The position numbers were made by a program, and so were the translations under genes. Of a DNA stretch of 64,000 nucleotides, positions 22,677 through 34,549 are shown piece by piece (position 1 is the stretch's first letter; each line of letters opens with the position of its first letter). The DNA lies in NCBI GenBank assembly GCA_022813865.1, contig JALDZX010000008.1, forward strand, positions 372,001 to 436,000. The letters run 5' to 3'. Below the pieces are notes generated by a model that searched no databases, was not told the origin of the DNA, and worked only from the letters and a program-made list of their open reading frames with translations. This DNA is from Xylographa opegraphella. Its lineage: Eukaryota.

Positions 22677-24591
22677 TTACGAGCAAACAATCCCCTTTAC
22701 ATAAGCCACATCCTCCCAATCCGCCTCCCATATACTCAACACCATAATCTTCCACCCCCTCGCTGTCTCATCTCTCTTCATTCTGCCGACACAACGCGCG
22801 ATCTTTCCCTTTCCCGTATCTCCTAAGAAAGCCTTCGAGTCATTGTCCCAAAGGTCCACACTCTTCCATCCCACGAACGACCCGTTCAAGAATGGTGGCT
22901 TCTGACTCCGGAAGAGGTCTGCGAACTGAATAAATTGCTCGACCCCCACACGATGGGAGTAGGTGACTCGAGCGTAGAGCTCGATGAGAGGATGGGTACC
23001 AGTGTGGGAGGCTTGCGTCGCCACGTTGAGAGCTTCGCCAATACGGAAACACGTGCGTAGGAAAGCGGAACTGGACACCCCAAGAATGGGCGAGCGGTCA
23101 AGAACGAGTGACGGGAATAGTGGGCGGGCGAACGGCAATGCATTGCCTTCGGAGTCGAAGCCTAGACCGTGAGGCGCCGGCAGTGGAGGTCTGGATTGGG
23201 CAGAGATTTCGGCCAGAGGCAATCTTTGAGATTCTGCTATTTCGTTGGGGATAGGAGCGGATTCTGGTGAAGGCAAGAACTTGGCTGGTTTGTACATCGT
23301 CGAGGGATTCCATTGTAGCTTTGGTAGCTCGATATCGAGAGCAAGCTTCATAGGCGCATTTGGCGGTTTCTCACTCGTCTCAGTTTCCAGTTCAAAGAAA
23401 TCCGAATCCACATCGTCGAGCAAGTTTTCGTCTCTCCCAGTTAAATCAGAATTAGCCTCGTTCTCGTCGCCACCGTTCGGACACGGGGAGCTCCTTCCGA
23501 GAACTTGTGATGAGTGATTTTTGGAGAATCGGTACTTATCAATGGTGGTTCGGTTACCAACCGGGATTGTGATACCATCGAAGTGGATTGAACGAAGGCT
23601 CCGACTTGAGGACGGTCTCGAGTGCTGCAGATGTGGATCGTAAATCTCATTTGTTTGAGAGTTGTCATCAAATGGGATCCGTAAGCTTGATGGAGGCTCA
23701 AATCCTTCCTCAATTGTTGAAATCTGCAATAAACATTGCGCATCTTGCTCGTCGATAGGAAATTCGTCCTCAGATTCGGCATTTGCGTAGTCCTCCAGAA
23801 TTTCTCCAAAGGTCGGATCGAAGCTCGTAGTCGTATGCAACTTTCCCAGCTTACTACACGGAGTATCGATGGCTATATTGTGCTCGACCGTATCCTCTAA
23901 GAATGGATTATATTCAAATTCCAGAGAATCATGCGAAAGTATTTCCTTTCTTGCATCATGGCGATCAAGGGCGATTTCGCAACCCGGTTTGGAACCTTGA
24001 CCAGAACTCGGCAAGAAACCGGACTGAGGTAATTCCATTTGTGGCTCACCTTGGTAGCGAAATGAAGCCAGCCTTGCAGTTGTCGTGCTTGAAAGTCCGA
24101 CATACTTTAATTCTGAACGATCATCAAATACGACTCCGGCGGGGGCCAGCTGGTGTTCTGTCCCAAATCTCTCAGAGGCCTCTGTGAAATCAGACGCCGC
24201 GAATTCGCAAGGTAAATCGTGTAAGGCATTGTTTTCTTTGTTCTTGACCTTCTTTGGCTGCTTGGACCGCTCTCTTTTCAATTTTTTTGCTGTTGATGGT
24301 GGGGGTGTAAGCTGGTCAGCCCCTCTTTTCAAAGGTAATTCTCGACGCTGAGTCCGTTGGTCGGGTGTTTGAAGGGCTTGATTGTGGAGTTCATCGGGGA
24401 CTTGCCTTGCGGTTGGCTGGTTGACAGGGGTGAAGCCTAAAATAGTGGGAGGACGGGTCAAGAAGGCATGGACACTGCAAGACCAATGAGCCTAGAACGA
24501 AGATGCCAGCAGAGCCACATCTTGTAGTTTTGCTCTCCGAGTACCTGTGATTTCCTGGTTCGGCTCCTGGTGTCGCTGGATATGATACCAT
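22677..24591 (-). CDS. Hypothetical protein with a disordered N-terminus and a folded-looking ~170-aa C-terminal domain
   Basis: 594-codon open frame. A plausible first exon from ATG 24591 splices in frame (AG|gtactc…tgcag|T). C-terminus: PFARP.FP..V.DRSPI.G…LRTCFRIGEALN…ELYARV…FADLF…IWEADWEDV. Confidence 0.75.
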
Positions 24592-25428
24592 AACTAATAC
24601 ATCAAATAGTCTATCATTGGATCTCCTGTTCGTGGGTCATCGGAAACTGAGTGCCTTTGTACTCCGAAATTCTTTACATTGGCTTACTTTCTGCTGGGCT
24701 CCCGAAAAGCTTCGTCATGTCGTCGAAATTGAGCCGTTCATAGGGCGGAAGACCGGATGAGCTGCAGCGGGATTCGAGAGATAAGCGGTGACGCTAGTCC
24801 CAAACGAGTGAGGTACATGGTGAGCTGACGAGTATCATGTGTAAGGTAGCTGTTATTCAGAGGTCTAAGGTAATTGTGCAAGCATCTTAGTACAAGGACT
24901 GTGATAAATTGATCAGCTGGCAGACTCCTTGAGATACAATCACAACCACTGTCTTTGAGAGGGATTGCTCACCATTGAGATACAGCCTCGTGATGTGGTA
25001 GCCTGATCCACTCGAACGAACTTATGATGATGGCGGGCGCTTGGTAGAGGTATAGAGAAAGTTGTTGAAAACAATACGAAGGAGAAGATTCTAGCAAATG
25101 AAAGCTCATAGCCAAAGTGGACAGACTGCTTCCGTTCCTTCGTGATGTTTTCCGGTCCAGTAAGTGGAGAGTTTGTTCATCTTGTCTGCGGATAGCTACT
25201 CAGATCGTTGAAATCGTGAGAAGTTGTATAAGGTCTATTATTTTTATCGTTCTGATATCTGTTCTTAGCTGTTTCTGTTAGCTGTCTCGGGTGGCTCCTT
25301 CCCCATTGCCTCAATGTAGCACACACTTCGCAAAGTCATTCATTTCACTTAGGGGTTACCAGGCTGAATGATCTATTTGTCTCGCTCAGCGTCGTCAGCT
25401 ACCACTTTAGAGATTGGACGCCATACTA

Positions 25429-26777
25429 ATGTCTCTCTTCCGGCAGGCAAAGCCGTACACGGCGATCACCGTGCAGATCGAGCGCATGACCAAGCCCGAA
25501 TACGAAGTCGAAGACCTAAGCGGTATCGTCGATCTGATCGAAGTCATCAAGCTACAGAGCAGCGGTCCGACAGAAGCCGCACGAGCTATTAGAAAGAAAC
25601 TGTTAGTCAGCCCCGTCCTCAAGTTCAGAACCGCACTGACGAATCTCATAGAAAATACGGCGATGTCCACCGCCAGTTACGGGCGTTGACCATCCTCGAC
25701 GGCCTCATCCAAAACGCTGGCCCCCGCTTTCAACGTACCTTCGCGGATGAGCCCTTGCTCGAGCGCCTGCGCGTAGCAGCCACAGATTCTCTCTCTGACG
25801 ACGATGTCAAGAAGAAGTGCAGCATCCTATTCCGGCAATGGGCGGCTTCATACAAGTCGACTCCCGGCATGGACCGCATCGCCTCACTATACAAACAGCT
25901 TCCGCAAAGGAAGAAGCCCGCTCAAAAAGAACAATCCAAAGCTCTCAGGGAGACTGAGGCTCCCACCACAGACACAGAGGTAGACGTCTATCCCACAGCC
26001 TCCGGCAGCACACCCATATCCTCCCCCCTCCACTCCCCCGTTGGAAAGAACTTCCCCGCGTCCTCCTCTCATAGGCCCAAAGGTCTCCTCCAAAACAACC
26101 TCTTCCAATCGTCCAAGTCCCAACCCTCCAAATCAAAATCCTCCAGATCCAAAACCTTCGACCTCTACAAAGAAAAACCCATCATCCTTGCCGCCATCGC
26201 ATCCTCCTCCCTCGCCAGTATTAACCTCATGAACACCATGAAACTCATCAACCGCGAGCACCAGCGCGTCAGCGAAGACCGGGACGCTGTCCAAGGCTTC
26301 GACTACTGCAAGCGCCTGCGCCGGCAAGTGCTTGCCTACCTGCAGCACATCGAGAGCGGAGACCTCCTGGGGGGTCTGTTGCACGCAAATGACGAGCTGG
26401 TCGAGGCGCTGATGGCATACGAGATTCTGGATAAGAGCCTGGAGGACGACAGCGACAGCGAGGATGATTTTGACGACGGTGCGTCGTCGAGTGCGATGGC
26501 GGGCCTGAGTATGGGTAATGCGAAGGCTCCAAGCCAGTCGGCACGGCCAGGGTTCATTGCGATGCCACCACGGGCAGCAAACGGGAAAGGGGTGGCGAGT
26601 AGGCAAGAGCAAGAGGAAGAAGAGGATCCTGTTGAGGAGGAGGACGAGAATGACCCGTTTGCGGACCGGAATGCGGCGGGCACACCGCGGGTGGAGAAGG
26701 GCGGTATGACGTGGTGAGTCGAACCACTGCTCAGTATATGCGTCTCGATGCTGACACGTAGTAGGCGAGACGTATGA
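25429..26777 (+). CDS. LSB5: VHS/GAT-domain endocytic adaptor Lsb5
   Basis: GPTEAARAIRKKL|KYG.VHRQLRALTILDGLIQNAG; GAT-like LLHANDELVEAL; C-terminal DPFAD. Two introns. Confidence 0.85.
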
Positions 26778-27116
26778 TTATCGCAGTGCCGGAAGCATGT
26801 ACGACGAAGACTCTGGCTCAGGTGCTCCTATATTCTCTGGGAGCTTTACGCACGGCATCAAGCAGTTATTGATTGTTGGTTCTTTTATTGTTTATTTTGC
26901 CCCATTGAGCTTAAGCAGTCACAGCATGCATGACCTCCGCGACCAACACCAGCGTCACCAACCACTTGCCAAAGCCTCCATGACAGACACGCACCATCCC
27001 CTCGCTCGTCACACAGCAATGCCCACTCGCTCATATCACAGCACTGCCCACCTCCACCCTACAACCCAGCGTCCAAAGTACCTCCTCCCTCCCGTCACCT
27101 CCACTCATCCACGCCC

Positions 27117-27494
27117 TCAAAGCCCCCCCCTCTGCCTCCTCCCCTTCCTCCCCTTCCTGACCTTCCCACTACACCTCCCCAGCCCTTCACCCCACTCCCA
27201 GCCCTCCTCCTCCTTATAGAAAACCCCCACGCCATCGCCCTCATAATCCGAATCCTCCCACGCCTGCCTGCGAAGCCGCGCGCGCTCCCTCCGGCGCAGG
27301 CGCGCCCGTTCTCTCGCACTGGCGTGTTCCACCGCTTGCGGCACCCGGGCCCGTCCCCGTTGCTTTATGCGCCAGTGCAGTGTCTCGAGGCCGATGATGA
27401 TGAAGAAGAGGACCATGAGGGACGGGACGGTGTGTGTGGTGCAGGTGCGTTCGGAGAGGGGGGAGGTGGCGGGCTTGCAGTGGATGTACTCCAT
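27117..27494 (-). CDS. Possible small single-TM hypothetical protein
   Basis: ATG 27494; TM-like LMVLFFIIIGLETLHW followed by an Arg-rich segment. Lies in low-complexity DNA, so may be spurious. Confidence 0.3.
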   Translation of the reverse strand: MEYIHCKPATSPLSERTCTTHTVPSLMVLFFIIIGLETLHWRIKQRGRARVPQAVEHASARERARLRRRERARLRRQAWEDSDYEGDGVGVFYKEEEGWEWGEGLGRCSGKVRKGRKGRRQRGGL

Positions 27495-27975
27495 TTTGGG
27501 GTGGTGTGGGTGGTTAGGGGGGGTTTGGTTGTTGATGGGGGGTAGAGAGGTGTTGAGGCTCCGAAGGGCTGGTTGGTGGTTTTGTCTGTGAGGACGAGAA
27601 ATTATTTTAGAGAGGCAGGTGGTGCTTTCGAGTGGTTGTGGACTTAAATTAGATACGGATGGTGGAGGTCTGAAGCTGGATGCAGTTTTTTGCCCAAGGA
27701 GAAGAACGAATGCTTGATGGAGGAGCGGAAGTGTGTATGAGAGATCGGGGAGCAGTGTTATATACACTCGAGACGCAAGCGTGATTTTCTGTTCGCGCAT
27801 AGCACCATTCACAGGGGCACGGACTTATCGTGCACAGATGCATATGGGGGTGTGAAAGCTAAGGTAGGTGTTTCGATCGGTGCTTGGAAAGGTGGACGCT
27901 AATCTAAGTGAAGAAGAAGCGAACATGCAAAGAAACAACCCGGTATGGCGTGCGTTCCGACGTACAGTGGGACTG

Positions 27976-28700
27976 TTAAACTGCTGGGAAGAAACAGATC
28001 CTGGGTAGGTTCGAGACTGAGATACGCGAGTCATACCATTCAATGCGAATGACGTGTTTGTGGCTATGTCTCTCGTAGATGAGATTCGGACTCTGCATCG
28101 GACGTGCTGGATATGCGGGAGACGGTATGATGATACGACTGTACGGTGCGGTATTGTAATCACCATCGGGTGAAGATTGGATGTTCCAGCGCCAGGATTC
28201 AAATGGCCCAATGAGCTCCTCACTTGGAGACGAGTATATGAGCTGAGCGAGCCGTAAAGCGTCGCTTCTAGCGTCTTCCCATTGCTCGGATTGGAAGTCG
28301 TAGTATGGGATTGGAGGCTTGGTGTTGGAGGTAGGAGCTTGGTCCAACTGGCTGCATGCTGGATCTTCACAGATACTTGGGAGACCGCAATAAAATGTTG
28401 TGCCTTATTTGGTCAGCCTAATCGTACTGCATAGATATGCGAGTATTAGATGGTAATACCTCCTTCCGGGTCCGAGTTGGTGCTGAAACTGCCAGCAGTA
28501 GATGGCCTCTCACTGGAAGGAGGTCTGCCGTACGCTGAGCCATTGAGGAGTGTGCTTTCGGAAGATCTCCTACTCACAGGCCAAGAGCCAGAAGACCATA
28601 TGCTCGAGGACTTCCGTCTCTGCAAAGCATCCGCAAATCTCGATCGTGTCTTCTCCATTCCGAGCCAAGCCTCGATCCCTTTCAAGAAAAATCCAAGCAT
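27976..28700 (-). CDS. Two-exon orphan protein (~220 aa)
   Basis: ATG 28700 (MLGFFLKG…). A phase-1 intron 28459-28404 (GTATTA…CTGAC…AAG) joins the two ORF-track frames without a stop. Confidence 0.45.
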
Positions 28701-29472
28701 TGTTCGCAGAAGCGTATCGTTCGTGAAACGAGAATGTATCAGAAAGAAGAACGAAACAGAAAAACTGCATGGCCGAACGGAGAAAAGAGACAGGCCACAT
28801 AGAATATAGTATCCCGTATCCTTCGAAGAACAAGAGGATGACCGCTCCTCACATGATAGTCTGTCACAGTTTTGAACTTTTCGATCAAACTCGACAGATG
28901 TGGAAAACCCACAAATTGAGAACTCTTGGTATCTTAATAACCACGTATGGTTCATGCCCAATCCTAACCCTAAGCTCGTGGGGCTCGCCTCACTGTTCCC
29001 ACAATCGCCAAGACACAGAGCCTGTAAAGCATTAGTATTTCAGCGCTCGTTTCATCACATTGCTAAGGTAAACGATAGGTGTGCAGAGGGTTATTTATGG
29101 ATGCGCATAGTGTTCGCTTCAAGCAGCATTCAGTAGTACTTATAGGAATTTCAGCATACAGAAATTGCACATCTCAAGTCTGGATTACTTTGGCTCGAAG
29201 AATGATACGATGCTTCTGGATTATCTCCCCTTTGAACCGGGCACAATTGGAAAAATGGAGCAAAGCCAAGTAGTGGCTTGGATGTGATCGATGACGGAAC
29301 ATTGGCGCTGGAATTAAGAGGTTGAGGGACAGAATCTTTAGTGGAGACCCTGAACCATAAACCGGAAACTTTGCCTGCAGGCCTTATAGATTCTTTTGTC
29401 GCAGTACTGTACAGTCATAGTAGTAATTGATCTAACTCGCCAAACAAATCACACAACGCGTCCGTAAGCGCT

Positions 29473-31719
29473 TTACAATTCATCATGTCCTGGCTCATCA
29501 GCACCTCCCGGTGGTGGCGGCATATCACCGCCACTGTACAACTTGCTCGTGATAGGGTATGCAACGTTGCTCAACTTCTCCTTCTGCTCCTCGAAGTCTT
29601 CCGTAGTAGCTGTAGACGCGTTCTCCTCCAGCCAGTCCGTAGCTTCCTTAATGGCTTCCAACAACTAGTATGATTGTTAGCCTTTGTAACCGGAATCTGA
29701 GTTCAGATAACTTACGGATTCCTTGTCATCGGAATCGACCTTGCCTCCAAGACCCTCCTCGTCGTTGACCTGGTTCTTCAGGTTGAAAGCGTAGTTCTCA
29801 AGTCCATTTCGGGCGGTGATTCTCTCAGCCGTAGCTTTGTCTTCTTCGGCGAACTTCTCAGCGTCGGCTACCATACGATCGATTTCTTCCTGGGACAGAC
29901 GACCCTTATCATTTGTGATAGTGATCGATTCAGCCTTCCCGGTACCTTTGTCGCCTGCGGTAACCTTGAGAATTCCGTTGGCGTCGAGCTCGAATGAAAC
30001 CTCAATTTGAGGGACGCCACGTGGCGCAGGAGGAATACCAGTCAGCTCGAATTTGCCGAGTAAGTTGTTGTCCTTGGTCATCGATCGTTCTCCTTCAAAG
30101 ACTTGGATCAAAACAACAGGTTGGTTATCAGCGGCGGTGGAGAAAATCTGGCTCTTGCGGGTGGGAATAACAGTGTTACGCGGGATGAGCTTGGTCATCA
30201 CACCGCCAGTCGTTTCGATACCCAAAGTCAATGGGTTAACATCCATGAGTACGACTTCTTTGGCTCCCTCATCTCCCGAAAGTACACCACCCTGAACAGC
30301 GGCGCCATACGCGACAGCTTCATCAGGATTGATACCCTTGCTGGCTGGTTTACCAAAGTACTCCTCGAGGAGCTCTTGTACTTTGGGAATACGAGTGGAG
30401 CCACCTACGAGAACAATGTCATTGATCTCGTTCTTCTTCACCTTGGCATCTTTGAGAACTTGTTCCACTGGTTTGAGGGTCTTCTTGAACAAGTCCATGT
30501 TCAGTTCCTCAAACTTAGCCCTTGTCAAAGTCTCAGAGAAGTCCTTGCCTTGGTGGAAGGCCTCAATCTCGATGCGAGTTGACTTCTGGGAGGATAGTGT
30601 TCGTTTCGCCTTCTCGACTTCACGCTTCAATTTTCCCATAGTTTTGAGGTCTTTCTCGATCTCCACGCCATTCTTCTTGTTATATTGCTTGGCAAGGAAT
30701 GAAATAACTCTCTGGTCAAAGTCTTCACCACCCAAGTGAGTATCACCAGCGGTTGCCAAGACCTCAAAGACACCATTCTCGATTTGGAGAAGAGACACAT
30801 CGAAAGTTCCTCCGCCCAGATCGTAAACTATGATCTGACTCTCGGCGCCCTTCTTATCCAGTCCGTACGCAATGGCAGCCGCAGTGGGCTCATTGACAAC
30901 ACGAAGAACGTTCAGTCCAGCGATTATACCAGCGTCCTTTGTTGCTTGTCTCTGGTTGTCGTTGAAGTAAGCTGGAACGGTGACCACAGCGTTTTCGACT
31001 TTCTTTCCGAGATAGCTCTCTGCAATTTCCTTCATCTTGCCCAGTACCATGGCGGAGACTTCTTCGGGAGTGAAAGACCGATCCTTACCAGCGACCTCGA
31101 CAGTGACTGATGGCTTGCCATCGATGTTGGTGACCTTAAAAGGGAAATGCTTTATATCGGCTTGAACGTCTTTGTCGTTGAACTTGCGCCCAATGAGTCG
31201 CCTGGTATAGCACATTAGCATAAAAAGATTGGAAGGAAAAATAAGCATCAAGGACGTAGAGTGCTCACTTGATATCATAAACGGTACGCTTAGGATTGGC
31301 GGCATATTGATTCTTAGCCGCATCACCTACCAGTCGCTCCTCATCTGTGAAAGCGACATAAGATGGTGTTATCCGATTGCCCTGGTCGTTGACGAGAATC
31401 TCTACTTTTCCGTTCTGCATCACACCAACACATCTGAGTCGAAGTAAGTCATTTATTCGTAAATGGTTTGGATCGAGGCAGCTCACGAGTAGGTGGTCCC
31501 CAGGTCAATACCGATTACTAGATTTCAATTGTCAGCGCTGGGAATTTCCAAACAATCCAGATAGAGCTCACCGGTTCCTAATTGCTCTGATAGGGGCTTC
31601 TGCTCATCTTGAGCGTTCGCTGTGTTGAGAAATGCTAGGGGTGCAACGAAGATAAAGAAGAGGTATAGAATAGTCGACCAGGCGAAGGGTGCTGAGGCAC
31701 CCCGTGATTGTCCAGCCAT
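29473..31719 (-). CDS. KAR2: ER Hsp70 chaperone BiP
   Basis: Signal peptide; [14 protein letters not shown] split by introns; [15 protein letters not shown]-terminal HDEL. Confidence 0.98.
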
Positions 31720-32407
31720 CTTGAGGTTGTTGCGTGGGGGTGAAGGAAAGCAAGAGAGGAGAAGACGAGGTATTCCAAATTAGGGATTAGAAGACAAGGG
31801 AGCTCCCTTTCTGCTCCCTCCAGAAACAAGGCACGAGCACTGAATGGGGGTGATGTAGAAAGGAAAAGTGGTGAGATGTTCGGGACGGGTGGTGAACTTT
31901 TATTTACGTTCTGATGCTAGCGACTTCGAGAAATCATGCCAGCTTGGCCTCTAATTATTGTTGAGGCCATGCTGGCTTCTTCAAGCCCTTCGACCAATCA
32001 CAGTCCACGATTGCAACCTTATTCCGGCGCGGTGGTCGCCTCCTGAATCCTTATATAATCAATCCGGCCGCAATCATTGGCTGTGCTGGGAACAGGAGAA
32101 CTGTCCATAAGTTCGACAATGCGCACGACAAGAATGAGTCATGAACAGATATAAGTTTTGTATCACAGGCTGGAAATGATAACAGTTCACGGGTGTTATT
32201 CCTGTGAGTGGATTGAGCACTTTTGGTCTACTATGCATATGGCAAGTATAAAGGTAACTCCAACGAAAAGACCTTACATTCACAAAATTACCTATCCAGC
32301 TGTCGTTTGTACAATATTCGTCTGACTAGGATCATATCATTATATTCACTATGTTCAGACATACATCTTGACCAATTAATTCTATCAACATTTCAACGAC
32401 CAAGTTC

Positions 32408-34549
32408 TTACATTCCACCAGCCAAATAATAGTTGATCGAGTAATTCAAGAACGCACATTGCGGCAAATCCTGGAAGTCACTTGTCAAAGACGGAAAGTC
32501 TAAAAGCTTCATCTGTCCTTGCGCATTGGTCACTGGGTTCCATGGCCCACTCGCAGCAATGCCTTTGATAGTGATATCATACTGTCTCGCTTGGAGATAG
32601 CTCAGGGGCGGGTTTGGTTGGCCGCTCTTCACAAACTCTGCAAAGTAGCCGGATTCCAGCTGGATAGAGTACAGATCAAGAGAATCGCGGAGCGGGTAGA
32701 GGTTACCAAACACCCAGGGCATGTCCGAGCCGTGGAGGCGGAAGTAAGGAAGCTCGGGGTCACCGTAAGGATAGCCGGAGGCGGCTGGCGGTCCGCCAAG
32801 GCCGTTAGGATCGTAGCCACCGGCAGTCCGCTGCATTTGATAGTAGTACGACGTCTTGAAGGCGCCCGAGGTGACACCTGCATACACCGTCGCCTGGTCG
32901 ATACAGCGGAACTGGATGTCTGTTGAGACACGTTGCGACACGTTGAAGGAGTCAAGGGTCACGTTGCCGGTGTTATAGTATGGGAATAAACCCGAGTCGA
33001 TGATGCTTTGTGCATAAGCAGCCGAGATACCCAAGGATGCCTCGATTCCAGCGAGCTCGGAGGTTACCGGAGGTCTAGGATAGTTGCAGAAAGAGGCACC
33101 GTCGTTCTCAACATTACCAAATATGACATGTACATTGGCAGTACTTCCGTTCTGGTTCACGACGTCAAGCTCTTCCGTATTGACATAGTGGCCATCTTGA
33201 ACGACATAACGTGCAACCGTACTGAACCCGACAAGTGTCGTTGCAGGTACCTGTTCCAAACACGCGATCTGTGCTTGGAGTGTAGACTGCGTACAACCTG
33301 CCTCCTGGAAAATTTGCTGGCCGGCTTGGGCGTACGACTGAGCAATAGTGAGGTAAGAGGAGTATGTTGTCGCGTAGTCGCCGTATGTCATGCCCAGATC
33401 CTTTCCACCTCCCAGGTTAGACATTGCCACCGCGCCCTGATATTTACCAATGGCGGGCGGCGACCCAAGAAGGACTCGAACAGATCCGGCTCCAGCAGAT
33501 TCACCAATTATAGTAATCATATTTGGATCTCCGCCAAAATTTGCGATATTATCAATAGTCCACTAGATTTATTAGCAAAATCCAAAGAAGATGTAGGTAA
33601 ACATTACCTGCAGGGCAGTGATCTGATCAGCGATACCATAATTACCTGTGATGCTTGTACCCGGTACAGCGAAAAATCCTAGCGTCGATAGACGGTAGTT
33701 GATGGTAACAACCACAATGTCCTCACGCGACGCCAGATTTCCACCATCGCTCCCTGGATCGGCTCCCGTGCCACCAGTGAAGCCACCACCATGGATCCAG
33801 AACATCACTGGTCGAAGATTTGTTGTCGAACCAGCCTTAGGGATATAAGGTGTCTGGATGTTGAGAAACAAGCAATTCTCATTACCAGCACCATTTTGAG
33901 GACATTCCGACCCGTACTCCGTGGCATTGATCGTTTGCCCCTGAGGCGTGTAAAGGGTGGAATAGGTGAAACGTGCAGGCTGGTTGGCATACGGAATGCC
34001 AAGGTAGCGGAAGGATTTCTGGTTGCGGTATCCGACGTATGTATTGCCTCCAGCTGGGAGTGAAATTTGATTGGTAGCACTAGGTGCCGCGCTGTACACA
34101 TTGTCTTGATTGCTAGACTGGGTGCAAAGAACAGGAAGAGAGACTGCTTTGGGAGGCGCTGCTTGAAAGGTGAGGGCGACGTTTTCAGTGACGTTCACCA
34201 CTCCGCCCTGAATATAGTATAGCTGTGTAGGGAGAGCTCGTCCAGCATAAGCGTTGTATGACAGCTGCGGCAGGAAGTCTAGTTTGTGGCTCTGTAGCGT
34301 GGACATCGATATCAAAGTCTCCCCGATAGCGGCACAAGCAGGTGCTGCAGCTGCCTGGCTCATAGGGTCAAGTAGAATTGCGCCGACATGATTGTAATCA
34401 TCGGTCGCGTTCAGATTGTTCTGAAATAGGAAGGTATAGGATGTTTGTGAGTTGGCGGCAATCGCGTTGATTCGGGGTTCAAGAGGAACAGCCAATCCGA
34501 GAGCAGTGAAGCACGCCGCAGCGATGAGGTATCTAGAGAAAGAAGACAT
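32408..34549 (-). CDS. Secreted type-B carboxylesterase/cholinesterase-like alpha/beta hydrolase
   Basis: Signal peptide; ENCLFLNI; WIHGGGF; INYRL; GESAG nucleophile; HGSD. One intron ~33608-33564. Confidence 0.92.

Noticed and set aside
29816..31110. Long antisense ORFs over KAR2 (also over CCT5, HBS1 and SCP160)
   Set aside because: Typical shadow frames of codon-biased conserved genes.
31920..32085. ERSE/UPRE/HSE elements upstream of KAR2 (CCAAT-N6-CCACG at 31994-32009; TTCGAGAA at ~31925)
   Set aside because: The spacing does not match ERSE (N9) and the HSE has only two units. Too short to support.
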